Assembly: GCA_010093815.1 (NCBI GenBank) | Contig: ML996569.1 | DNA length: 64,000 nucleotides | Strand: one strand, 5' to 3' | Origin: Pseudovirgaria hyperparasitica | Taxonomy: Eukaryota | Shown: positions 25,982 through 39,075 of the stretch, piece by piece | Numbering within the stretch: the first letter of the stretch is position 1 | Layout: every line of letters begins with the position of its first letter | Position numbers and translations under genes: made by a program | The notes under the pieces: model-generated | The model's input: the letters and a program-made list of their open reading frames with translations, nothing else | What the model was told of the DNA's origin: nothing | Database searches by the model: none

Positions 25982-27209
25982 ATGTTATATCAGCGCACAA
26001 CTATTGATAACCAGGCAGGTGGTTTTCCTGCACCGCCTGGTTTCGAGAAGAACCTAGATAATCCTGACAACAATGCTCTCGCTTCTATACCCTCTGGATG
26101 GACTTTGATATCGATTGCCATCATACTGCTTATTCTGCGATTCGTTGCAAAGGTGTCTACGACGGTCAAGGAGGGGAAGTTCAACATCAAAGTCATCCGA
26201 GTAGAGGATTGTAAGTCTGACGTCAAGAATAAATTACTGTAGCTGACTGAGTTCGAAAGGGCTTGCCCTACTCGCTGTTCTTTGCGGCATCGTGCGCGTA
26301 GTACTGGTAACCTACATCGTACTGGACCTTGGTATTGGGCGCCATATCTGGGATATTCCTGGCGAGAATTTTCCGAAGATATGGCACATCTTTGACATTG
26401 AAGACATGATCTACTGCTGGGGCATTCTTTTCGCCAAGCTGTCCATTCTGTTCTTCTACCTCAGCATCTTTCGGATCAACAAGGCATTTCGGATATGCGT
26501 ATACGTGACGATGGCAATCACCACTTTATACCTTCTAGTCTCCTTCTTGACCTACGTATTCCATTGCGGCGTTCATACCTGGGTTGGTATCGCGACCAAA
26601 TGTCTCGATGGAATCACACAAGAGATTGCGATCGGCGGCTTCAACATTGCGACCGACCTTGTCATCATGGTCCTACCTTTACCTCTGGCACTAAGATTGC
26701 AACTCTCACGCAAGAAAAAGATTGGACTTGTCATAGTGCTTCTGCTTGGATCGTTCACGATCATCGCCGCGGTTTTACGGCAAGTTTTCGCCATAACCAC
26801 CCTCTCGACCAGCGACCAAACATGGAATACATCAGAGGTCGTGGTATGGAAGACAGTCGAAATGCTCGTGGCTATCATCTGCTGCAATATTTTGACGGGC
26901 CCATTCATTCTCCGGTACTTACTTGACACCAAACTTGGCTCCAGTTTGCGCAGCTTGTTGACCAAAGCGAGCCCTTCGTTTGCAACAAGTGTGCTTGGAT
27001 CTGACCCAAGCTCGCATCGCTACCCTGGGAAACGATCAGATAATGGAAGTGCAACAACTGAGAGCTATGAGGTTAATGATATCAAAAGTTGGGCAGTCGC
27101 AGCACCCGGTAGATCGGATAGTCATGAGCAACTTACGCGGCCGTCTACTGAGGGGATCAAAGTCACACGGGATTATCGTATTGATACCCATCAAGCTGCA
27201 AGAGTGTAA
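25982..27209 (+). CDS. Pth11-like/rhodopsin-domain integral membrane protein (no CFEM domain)
   Basis: PAPPG..NLDNP N-terminus, GIGRHIWD, KLSILFFYLSIF, NIATDLVIMVLPLP..LQLSRKKKIG, W..VE..VAIIC; intron ~26211-26259. Confidence 0.88.
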
Positions 27210-27461
27210 GAAAGGAAGACTCTGGCCAGTCTTATCTGAGCTGGGCGTTCACGTATCTTGCTGGGGTGGGTTATTGGAGTTGTGGGTTGGTCTCCTGTTG
27301 ATACCATTTCTATGTTTGTGTGAAAACATGTAAACTCGCGAAAGAAGTTCACATTCAGAAGACTATTATCATTATGTTAGTAGTCTGGCCGTGCAGCTCA
27401 TACAAATGTTTGCCAGCAGAGTCTAAAGCCCCATAGCCTATGAACAACTTACAACCACGAT

Positions 27462-29155
27462 TCAAACCTCCACTTGTCGCTCCACAAACTTGACAAACCT
27501 CTCATTCCTCTCCCAAAGGGCATACGTCCGTTGAGAATCCCACTTCCTCTCAATCGTTTCTCTTAACCGCCCTTTATCAAGATCACGAGAAGGCATCTCG
27601 GGGTCAAACACAAACAAGAGTCTTGCCAGAATGAGCCTCATCTCCGAGTTCGCCAGAAACCTTCCGATGCAGTTGCGCGGTCCAACGGAAAATGGCTGCA
27701 AGACCGCCTTTTCATCGTTCTCGAACGTCGATGCTGTAAATTCTGGGTCGCTACTGTCGCATGTGAAGAGTGGCGACTCGGCTGAGAGCCACCTCTCAGG
27801 TATGAAATGCTCGGGGTGGGCGAAGTTAAGTGGAGAACGATATGCAGGTAGTTGAGGTACACCCACATAGGTCTAATGAGAGAAAACCAGTTAGTATACG
27901 ACTGATATCGTGCATTGCAAGTGACCCACTCCAGGAGGAATTGTAATTCCATTGATGATATTTCCATGTGCAGGAACAATACGAGGTACTTGTCCAGGCA
28001 CCGAAGGCGCCATCCGCGAGTTCTCCGTAAGCACAGCTCTCATGTATTCCAGTTCATCGACGGCTTTCAGCGTAATCTCTTTCTCCGTGCGAAATCGTGA
28101 TCTAATTTCGCCGCTCAACTTAGCTAATTTACTTGGATGCTGAAGAAGGTGCGTGAATGTTCCCAGGAGCTGAGTAGCTGTAGTCTCCGAACCCGCAAGT
28201 ACAAGTACTGTGGACGACGCTTCGATTTCAGGCATTGACATAGGCTGTGCTGCCTTTTCGTTGCTGTCCAAAATGTATTTGAGGAAATCTGGTCTTTCGG
28301 TTCTGGTAGCCACTCGCTCGCGGACCCATTGCACCGAGAGATCGAAATGGGCATCACGCTCTTTAAAGGCGCGCTTTGGAACCATCTTGATGAGTAGCCA
28401 GAACAAGGATGGGTAGAACTTAACTGCAGACATAATGCAAGCAGCTTTCAGATTGCTGAACAAGTAGGATACCCAGTAATGGTACTTCTCCTCTTCGATA
28501 CACCCAAAAGGCTTCCCAAACATGAGATCTCCCACAATATCGAATGTGCAGTATGTTATCCAGTCTGTAATGTTCGTCACATCTTGAGTTCTGATCTTAT
28601 CGATCAGTAGGGTAACATATCTTTGGATGAGATCTTCCTGGGCTAGCAGTGCTGTAGGAGAAAAAGCATGATTCAGTATCTTCCGTTGCCTTGTGTGATC
28701 ATCCAAGTCTGCGTTGATGACCGAGAAGACTCCGTTGGGTGTCTTCTCCGTCCATATCGGATTCTTCGTGAACTCTGGTACACCAACCCGGTGGCTGTAG
28801 ATATCCTTCCACGCTGCTGCTTTGATGAACGAGAGCTCGTTGGGGGCTAGGCGCACGATCGGTCCGTATTTCTGGTGGTATCTGTGCGTGTCATGTACGA
28901 GATCTCCTCTAGCTAGAGAGATGGCAAATGGAGCTCGCGATATCGTCCATAACCAAGGTCCTGGATATTTCGCCAGGGGATGAAAGTATCGATTATACAC
29001 AATGCTGTAGATTAAGTACTAGTCTTTCATGTTACCAGCATTCTCTTTGAACTATGATCAGTCGAAATGCTTACGGAAAGTGAAACACCACATAGGATCA
29101 GGATAGCTGATGGCCATGTTTGGATAAAATCAGGAGCGAATGACGACGCGGACAT
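27462..29155 (-). CDS. Cytochrome P450 (CYP65/Tri11-like), 3 exons
   Basis: YFHPLAKYPGP, YGPIVRLAPNELSF, AGSETTAT, ENSR, PERW, FSVGPRNCIG. Confidence 0.93.
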
Positions 29156-29712
29156 CGTGGCGACACTTTTAAGAGCTTCCAGATGAATGTATCGATCATA
29201 ATTCAGTAATATCTGTCTACGAGTACTGCCCAATATCCAATCTTCAGTGTTGAGTCTGCTTTCTCACTGTCATTAGCGCCGGAGTAGTATCTACTTACGG
29301 CTACGTGATTTTGTGGATTCGAGGAAATGTATAACCCGAACTATACTACTAAATCCATTGGACAGACCGTCTTTGGAGTGTAACACAGTAGGATTATGGT
29401 ACCGGACACGCCAGACAAAGCTGTAACTGGATCGAAGACCTTAGAGGAGATCAGGAAACTGTTCCGCCTACCATGCTGATTAATCCTTCTGTTAACGGCC
29501 AATGCCCCTACTAGCTTGCTGTCAAATTTGAGGTTTCCTCCATATAGACTGGATCACGCTCAGCCACCTCACCATGGGCACGTATGAGAACAGGGCTCAT
29601 CCGGCTCTTACACCATCGCCATGACGAGCAAAGTGGTCGCGCTAATTCGAGTCACTCCTGACCGAACCCACTCAAAAGCATCCACTGTCTTTATCATCTC
29701 ATTCAGCTAGAT

Positions 29713-30509
29713 CTATGCAAACGCCAACTCCCGGCGCTGACCCCAGAAGTCGCATGGCAGAAATCGCCATGAACTAGCATGCTTCCGTGCAAACCAGTAG
29801 CGCACAAGATAATAAACAAACCCCGGAACAGCTGGAAAACGATGGATTCCACCTTCATAGTCCTTATCTACAAGACCGAAAAATAGTGGGAACATCTCAT
29901 CGGACTTGGCTGGCTTCTTGGCTTTCTCACTCCTCTTGAAGATGTCCATTAGCTTCGCATCGTCCAGATAATTTAGGCTCAACAAATCGGATATCTCCGC
30001 TTTCAGGTGCACTTGGAGAGCATCCGTAAAGCTTTCGATAATACTACAGACCTGTACCCCTGAGTACTCTGTTGGCGATGTTGTTTTAGCATACTCGTGA
30101 AGACGGCGCACCCCGTCCGTGAAATCGTGGTGCTGTTCGATGCTCTGCTGAAATAGTTCGGGCTTCCCAGCAAGCTTTGTAATTTCTGGGAAGAGAAACT
30201 CTTCTTCGGCCTCGTGATGTAACTCCAGCAAGTCGCAGTAGCAGTGTATGTAGAATAGAAAATCTGCAGCGTCGGTGCCGTTGCCGGCCGGGACTTGTTT
30301 GGCTTGTAGGTATATGGAGTTTATGCCGCGTATCAGCACATTGTGGACCTGCGCCATATCGTCGGCAATGTGGATCGCCGCATGACTTTTCTGGTTACAG
30401 GGTCAGCTCCCATATTGTAGCTGACCAATCCCCGACCTCATACCGTATCTTGCGTTTTGGAGGGCGTCTCTAGTAGAGGCCAAGGCTTGTCTACCCAGGG
30501 CTTCGACAT
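29713..30509 (-). CDS. Hemerythrin/HHE cation-binding domain protein (intron 30391-30443)
   Basis: First exon MSKPWVDKPWPLLETP; MAQVHN, HHEAEEE, EQHH and HLKAEI His/Glu clusters typical of di-iron hemerythrin-like folds. Confidence 0.85.
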
Positions 30510-31115
30510 GGCGCTGCAATCCTTCGGTGATAGGCGTCTTGGATGATATAGTGGACGTCAAGGTAGTAAAAGACATGTCGACAGAATACCGTATAAGTAT
30601 CCGCAGTCGACGAAGCACACTAAGCCTAAAGCCGCTAGTACAAATGTGAAGGATTGTTTGTGTCACGTACATCGAGATGACCGCGGCGGGATTTGTGGCA
30701 CAGCAGGGCATGATCAACCAATATGTCAGCAAATAACACCTCCAACATCACTGGTCTGTCTGATTAATCATATAAATGGGCCATTTCATGTTACCCCTGT
30801 TACCACACCACATAGCTGACTAGCGGGTTCCGAGGGATAATGATACCCGGGGTCAGACCCTGGACGCGGTATATACAATCTGGCTTACGTGTGCGCATAG
30901 TATTTGTGACCCGGACATAGTTCCTCGAATATTCGGCGCTGCATATTGCTTGTTGTCAAGTCTGGCGTAACGTTAGCCGCCGTAGACGATAGCATTTCGC
31001 TTTCAGCCTTGCTTTTCCACAGGAGCGAAGGAATAATGACGACGACTGACATCTTACACAGAACTAACCGTGTCGCGTTTCACTTTAACTCCGAATCACC
31101 ACATGTTGAATAAGG

Positions 31116-32885
31116 ATGGTGAGCTCGACGACAGTGTTAGCAGTCATCTCAGGCTTGAGCTCGCACGCGTTATACATACGCGGAGAATGGCATCTATTAG
31201 CGCCCTGGCTTGTGCCAATATACGCCACCATCGCATTCCTGGTCGAAATAGTTGTATACTTCTATGTCCTCCCAGAGAGTCAAAGCCATAGGTTGCAGTC
31301 GTCCCTGGCTGAGACTGAAAGTCTAATATTTTTCCACTTCCTCGCATTGTACTCTAGCATTGTTGTCTATCGCGTGTTCTTTCATCCGCTCCGTCGGTAT
31401 CCTGGTCCTATACTTGCAAGAATAACGAATTTCTGGCATGTATACAAATGCTTGGATGCGAAGAACCATCTCCTGCTCGAGAAGTTGCATGAACAGTATG
31501 GACCCATAGTCAGAGTGGGTAAGTCCTCGTTTCCATACTCTTTTTAAGACCTTCTCATTCGTATCATCGCTCATGTAAGCTCCAACGTCTGTGTTTGACC
31601 GGCCTTGACAGGTCCTCAGGAGCTGTCCATCGTTAGCCCAGACATACACTTGGCCATGAGTGGAGCCCGAACCAAATGCACGAAGGCTGCTCTATACGAT
31701 CTGACTCTGCCCTCAAGAGGCCTGAATGTGACAAGAAACACAAGCGAGCATGACCGTCGTAAAAAAGTCTGGGATCCAGGTTTCACAGCTTCAGGTGAGT
31801 CGCTCGTTGAGAGAATGTGCCTCCATACTGATCTAGTAGCCCTGGAATCATACCACGGCCGGATAGTCTTCTATGGAGACCAGCTCTTGCAATACCTGCA
31901 ATCGAAACAAAACCAGCCGATAGACGTTCGCGAATGTTTCTACTGGTTCGCATTCGACATAATGGGAGACCTAGCTCTCGGCCGCTCCTTCAACATGCTC
32001 CGCAATGGCCAGTGGCACAACGTCCTAGCAACCATGCGCAAAGGTATGAGCATGCTCGGCCCACTGACACCTGTACCATGGCTTGCTCGAGTCGGAATGG
32101 CGATTCCAGGGGCGATGAAAGATTGGAACAATATGTGCAAATGGTGCGAAGAGAGAATGCGAGAGCGCCTGCAAATGGGGGTGAAAGAGCTTGATATATC
32201 GCACTGGCTGATTGAGGGCTCGCGCAACGGAAACGGAGATTATGACTGGGACTGGCTGAGTGGCGACGCGCTCTCGATCATTACGGCGGGAAGCGATACT
32301 GTGGCTACGACGCTTGTGTTTGCATTCTATGTACTTGCTTTGTATCCGGAAGAGCAACGCAAACTTCGGAGGTCACTGCCTCCGGCGGTAGATATTGGTT
32401 CGCAGGAGAAGCTTGCGCAGATGGCGCATCTCAATGCCTTTTTGAATGAAGTTCTCCGATTGTATCCTGCAGTACCATCCGGCGGATACCGTATCGTAGG
32501 CGAACAAGGCTTGCCGATAGCTTCTCTGAACACAATCATACCTCCAGAAACAATAATCACTGGCCCACGCTGGAGCATCTCTCGACTGGAGAGCTGTTTC
32601 GAACAAGCGCATGACTTCATACCAGACAGATGGACCACACGCGCGCATATGGTGAAGGACAAGAGGGCCTTTGTGCCATTCAATCAAGGACGATACAGTT
32701 GCATTGGCAAGAATCTGGCGTGGATAGAGCTGAGACACATCCTTGCTTTGTTGGTCAGTCGATTCGAGGTTACCTTTGGGCCCGGCGAGGATGGCTCGAG
32801 ATTCCTTGCAGATATGAAGGATACATTTGCTGCTGCACCTGGAATGTGTTCCTTGGTCTTCAAAGATATTGGTTCGAGCGTCTGA
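31116..32885 (+). CDS. Cytochrome P450 (third cluster P450; FtmC/CYP628-like), 3 exons
   Basis: FFHPLRRYPGP, YGPIVRVGPQELS, AGSDTVA, EVLR, PDRW, FNQGRYSCIG. Confidence 0.93.
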
Positions 32886-35800
32886 TTGGGGCTGGGGAAT
32901 GTTCCTGTTTCGTGTTCAACAGTAAGTAGTGCAATTGAACACGAGCCCGCGTCGCGAATTGAGTGGGAATCAACGCCATCTTTCTCCTCCTGATATCCGC
33001 TCGTAACGCAAAATTTCAAGATGAGAATGCTAGTTACAGACCTATACTCCTTTAACACTCTCGATGGCATGAGTTGGCAAGGTTTTACCTCACCTCTCGA
33101 CAAACGAAGAAATCATAACATATTCACAAACATATCCGGCCCTGCTCTCACATTAGACGTCTGAACATAGTTGTGATTTGGCTGTGCATCCGCGGAGCAT
33201 AACTTTCTGACAAGGTAGGCAACGGTAACTTCAATACTGATAAGTCCCACAACTACCTTATTTGGCTCCCTTCGGCTTGACTTCAAACAACTTAGGGCCG
33301 AATGGACGCCCTGTGGCGCACGGCTCTAAAATTATACCGCCGCAGAAACAGCCAACTTCATAGGCCACTTACTATAGCTGCCTAATGTGATAAGAATTTG
33401 GTTATCGCAGTCTCATGTAGAAATCTGAGGCAGGCAGCGAAGCGAACCCTTCAGTCCTTGGACTACACAGAGAATACCACAGGAAGAGTGCCTGAGTTAG
33501 GTGGACATGGTGTCCTAAGCCTCAGGTGAGCGTTGTGTAGTGTGATTCCTTGGTATCTGACCAGTATTTACATGTGGCGGTGAGTCTGAGTATTTACGAG
33601 ACAGAAGGGAACAGTTCGTGACAACACCAACTCTTTCGCCTTGATAGGTGACTCGGGATCGCAGATACTCACTACGTATTGAGTTCGTATACGTATCATG
33701 AAGGAGTGTCGATGTGATTTGATAGATGGTCTGAGGCCGAGTGTCTAAGCACAAAGCGCTGCAGTCTCGGCGGCGCCTGGGCAGCACTGATGAATACACA
33801 TTCACAGCGGTGTTGCGAATGAAGGCTTTGCATTTGCTCAGGTATTGGCGTGATGTCGTCCCATTGTGCTGTGCTGAACTTCATGCAAGACGTTCTTTTG
33901 CTCTCTGTGCATATGTAGCACAGACCTCACGCATCCTGTTGAGTTACGGGAAATGTACAGTAATGCAGCGTTGCCAATGAAATGGAAAGATTGATCCATC
34001 CGACAGCTGCAGTGTAATGCAGCGATCGTTGCTCTGCGCGAAGAAGATGCAGAGCTTCCACCGCAGACAATGAGGTAATCGCTCTCATTAGAGGAATAAC
34101 TGCGAAGCAGCACTACGAATGTATCTCGAAACCATTCCTCAGGTTCGCTTCTAAATCGACTGCGCCGCTTTGCAACATACACCCCTCTCCCAGCCCTGCT
34201 CTCGTGTCTGCAATGCCATTCGCCGTTCGGCTTCAGATTAACATAAGACCGACACTAGCACAGCCCACATTCTCCTCAGCTCAGACCACCGATCCAGACG
34301 TATGGGACGTCACACGCGTCTTAGCTAATGAGTTCGGAAGTTTCGGATGCAGATGCAAACGGTGGAGTTTTTGGTGGAGGTGTTGAAGAAAATACGGACA
34401 GGGGATCCAGAGGTCGGAAGAGGTTGGTGAAGAGTCTAGAACGGATTGGCAATTAGAGAGGTAGTTAGGGCTGTGAAGAGAGGGAAAGTAAAGCGATTAT
34501 GGGAGAGGAGTAGCTTTGGATATGCAGGGTAATCTTTGTAGGAGCGGCAATTGATGCAGACTTGGTGGGCTGATACATACTGTGCTTCGGTTTGAAGACC
34601 TTAATATGTATTGAATTGTCATTTTGTTGATAGCTATTCATATTCTTCCGTTCAGTTATACTTAGATCATGTTCGATCGGAGAACCATTATAATCCTCCT
34701 GACATCAGTCAAAACACCCACTGTTTCACAGAACGAAGGCTCAATTCTTCAGGCAACTTCTGCGAAGTTGTGAGACGTGCCCTGCAGGGATCCGTGTGGG
34801 GTAAGTAGTGCCCAACTAATCTGAGTGATAGTATGATAGACCTTGGCTGTGACGGAGTCCAATAATCGATCTCCGTCTGGTCACGAGATTTTCCACAGGC
34901 TAAAATGATAAGCCAGCAGTTCTTGGCCCGCGAATATGTGCGCGATCCCAGCTCTTCCAACAATACCTGCATCTTGAAGCAGGGCAGTCCTTTCCTGGAG
35001 AGCCGTGGATGTATTCTGAGTATCATTCGGTCCACATCAAAGTATTGAATGGTCGTCGCGTACTCGGTAAACTCGTTGACGGTTTCCATGCCCACCGGAG
35101 CTATCGTGACGCTATTCACGCCAAAGTCTAACGTCGGATTCGCATGGATGCGGAGTCTGGAATCGCGGGGAAAAACTGGGGCAAAGTTAGGCCCAACGGC
35201 TTGTGTGGAGCAGCGATCCCGGACACGTTCACTTGGCGGCGCCACTGCCGCTTCCGGGATCCCCGAACTGCGCTAGATGCCACCGGCTTGAACGTTGCGA
35301 TAGTCTCTGGGATGCACCGATACAATGGCTGATCTCTGTCAAAGTGTTCAATATGTGGGGATAGGCCACTGTGGGTGTATTTACTAGAACATATTCGATT
35401 GTTTGTTTATACATGATCGTCTACTATACATTTTGGAACAAATTGAATATACGAGAAGTACGGTGTTCGAGAAAAGGGCTCTGTTCAGGGAGCTCTGGGC
35501 TTTATTCCAGCTCATCCTAGACCATGTAGGTAGGCATACAAGAGCCTTGAGCAACTCTTACTTGCGGGGTATTGACGTGGTTCAGAGTATACAATTGGTC
35601 CCTGTTCGGATAAATATACCAAAAACCTGGCCGTTAGATGAGTTAGAGACCTAGATCCCAGAATACTGCATCTACAAACACGGGACAGACCTCCCGCATC
35701 GCTGAGTGGTGATGGCTGTGCCAAGGAGGTGTTGAATTTGTTTCGAGACCAAATAGACAATCGCGTACTATTTCAGCAATGTAATATTGAACTTCTTCAA

Positions 35801-36267
35801 GGAATTATATCGGGAGTCATAGTACGTTGACCTGCGACGATTGATCTCCGATTATACCCAAGTAGCAGTCAAAATTGAAAGGAAACAACAACAATGTTTG
35901 AACACATCGCTGGATTGTCCCCTGCTAGTGGGCCCGGTTTCGGCAACGATTCGAGGACTTAATTTTACACATCGGATCAGGCCCTGCTATGTAACGTGAT
36001 TCGGTTGGACTCTGATGAAGCTCATCCTTGCTTCACACCTCCCCGCAACAAAATCAGCATGCAGCCTGTACTGAAATGGAAATGCTCCATGTAACCGGAG
36101 CGATCACCTCGAGCGGGGTCAAAGGAGCATAGTCCGCCGGGACAGCTTATATAAATTGACAGCCCTGTCCGGTTTCTGTGGGACAAAGGCATGCAACTTT
36201 TCTTGCTTGCTGAGCAACACTCGGTTCACTGTTCAACCAAGCTGCCACCTCTGAAGAACAGGGCACT

Positions 36268-38607
36268 ATGACTATCCCAGACGAAGTCGACATCATCGTA
36301 TGTGGTGGAGGATCTTGTGGGTATGTACTCTCACCATCCTGTCGATGATTATAGCCAATCAGAAAATCGCAGTTGCGTGGTCGCTGGCCGACTGGCCAAC
36401 TTGGACCACAAGCTCCAGGTCTTGCTGATCGAAGCTGGTGAGAGTAACTTGAACAATCCATGGTACGTCCTTATCTGACAACCCTGTCGGACAACTCGAT
36501 AACTGTACTCACACATCTCAGGGTATTCCGTCCTGGTATCTTCCCGCGTAACATGAAGCTGGATAGCAAAACGGCATCGTTCTACTACTCCCGCCCGTCG
36601 GAGTGGCTCAATGGTCGTCGTGCCATCGTACCAGCTGCCCATATTTTGGGAGGAGGCTCCAGCATCAATTTCATGGTAATGAAGATCAATCAGCCACAAA
36701 CATAGTACTGACATACCCAGATGTACACCAGAGCATCCGCTTCGGACTACGACGACTTCCAGGCGAAGGGCTGGACCACCAAAGAGCTGCTACCTCTCAT
36801 GAAGAAGCATGAAACATATCAACGTGCATCGCAGAATCGTGACATCCACGGTTTCGACGGCCCCATTAAGGTCTCCTTCGGCAATTATACCTATCCAATC
36901 ATGCAGGACTTCTTGCGCGCCTCGGAATCTCAAGGCATTCCCGTAACCGATGACCTTCAAGATCTTGTCACTGGCCATGGTGCCGAGCATTGGTTGAAAT
37001 GGATCAATAGGTAGAAGTCTCGCTCTCCTTGACCTAGTGGTGGACTGACAGTTGTGAAGGGACACTGGTCGAAGGTCAGACTCCGCCCATGCATATATCC
37101 ACAGCACGCGTTCGGTCTATGAAAACTTGCACCTTGCGTGCAACACCAAGGTTGAGAAGGTCATTCTCGAAGGCAATCGCGCTGTCGCTGTACAGACAGT
37201 GCCCACAAAGCCACTCCATCCCCAGGAGAACAAGACAAAGGTGTACAGAGCCCGGAAGCAGATAATTGTCAGTGGCGGAACTCTAAGCTCCCCATTGATC
37301 CTTCAGCGATCTGGAATCGGTACGTCCGTCGTTTTTCGATAGTTTTCGATGCTGAAAGTTCCAGGTGACCCGGAGAAGCTCCGCAGAGCTGGTGTCAAAC
37401 CACTTGTTGACCTGCCAGGCGTCGGCCTCAATTTCCAGGGTACGTGAAGATGCTATTTTGAAGCACAACAGAAGCTGATGATGCAGATCACTACCTCACC
37501 TTTGCACCCTACAGAGCTAAGCCACACATCGAGTCGGCAGATGATTTCCTTCGTGGGGATCCAGAAGTCCAGAAGCGGGTCTTCGACCAGTGGAACATTA
37601 ATGGAACAGGACCTTTGGCGACCAATGGCATCGAAGCCGGTGTAAAGATTCGTCCTACTGAAGAGGAATTGAAAACGATGGACAAATGGCCATGCAGTGA
37701 GTTCAGCAAGGCGGGATGGGATTACTTCAAAGACAAACCGGACAAGCCGGTCATGCATTACAGTGTTATAGCCTCATTCTTTGGCGACCACATGACGATC
37801 CCACCAGGCAAGTACTTCACCATGTTCCACTTCCTCGAGTATCCGTTCTCTCGTGGATCCACTCATATTCAATCGCCGAATCCGTACGAAACGCCGGACT
37901 TTGACGCTGGATTCATGAATGACGCACGTGATATGGCGCCAATGGTTTGGGGATACATCAAGTCTCGTGAGACAGCGAGGCGCATGGACGCGTACGCCGG
38001 TGAGGTGACCAGCCATCATCCTATCTTCCGATACGATTCAAAGGCGCGTGCGATGGATATGGACGTCGCAACCACAAATGCCTACGCCGGTCCGAACCAT
38101 ATCACGGCGAACATCCAGCATGGTAAGTCACGGCCACAGACGGAGAGATCTTGGCTAACAAGAAAAGGTTCCTGGACGGAAAGAGTCGAAGCAGGAAAGA
38201 CACCCGACAAGGCCTTCCTCAACTCTAATCAGCAAGAAGTACAGTATGATCTCGACTATACGAACGAGGACATTCGTGCGATCGAAGAATGGGTCAAGCA
38301 CCACGTCGAGACAACCTGGCACAGCTTGGGCACGTGCTCTATGGCCCCGAAGAATGGCAATTCGATTGTCAAGCATGGTGTGCTTGATGAGAGATTGAAT
38401 GTTCATGGCGTGAAGGGCCTTAAGGTCGCCGATTTGTCAATCTGCCCGGACAATGTTGGCTGTAACACGTATTCGACGGCATTGCTGATTGGAGAGAAGT
38501 GTGCCATGCTGACCGCTGAAGATCTCGGATACTCTGGGAGTGCTCTGGATATGAGAGTACCTAACTACCACGCTCCAAGAGAGATCGCGGGTCTGTCCAG
38601 GCTATAG
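36268..38607 (+). CDS. Peroxisomal alcohol (methanol) oxidase, GMC oxidoreductase family, many introns
   Basis: MTIPDEVDIIVCGGGSCG FAD-binding start, LGGGSSINFMMYTR, ETTWHSLGTC, PDNVGCNTYSTAL, C-terminal PTS1 -SRL; TATA at ~36148. Confidence 0.96.
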
Positions 38608-39075
38608 TTTTCTTTCGCCATTTAACGCGAGATGACCGCAGGGCTCATTATAATGTTAATGGAGCTATGTATTGACAGAGGGTTGGATTACTGAGTGATT
38701 ATAGCTGTACTTAATTGACAATGAAATGATGATCAATCGTGCCTGTCGAATGAATGAATAGATGCGAAGAGAGAAAGTTGATGCTGCCACAAAGGCCGTG
38801 GTTGATGGCGACGATACTGTGGCTGACTCTGTGGTACTCAGTGTCAAGCGCGCCTGCACAGCCACATTCGTGCCTCAGGCAGCAGCTCTAATGATGTCAT
38901 GGTTTCTCCTTACAAACATGCCGAACCTTGGTTGTGGAACGCCACAATGCTCGTGTGCCGTGCGCTCACCAGGTTTTCTATTACCTCAACGCATATGCCG
39001 CTGGCCATATCTTCTCTGCTGTGACACCTGGGCAGGCTGGTCTCTTCCAACTCTCCCTGTTTCCCTTCATTCGCC

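Noticed and set aside
17136..32885. Calling the cluster a gibberellin cluster
   Set aside because: No GGPP synthase or desaturase is visible, two of the three P450s look like other families, and the synthase product cannot be inferred from motifs
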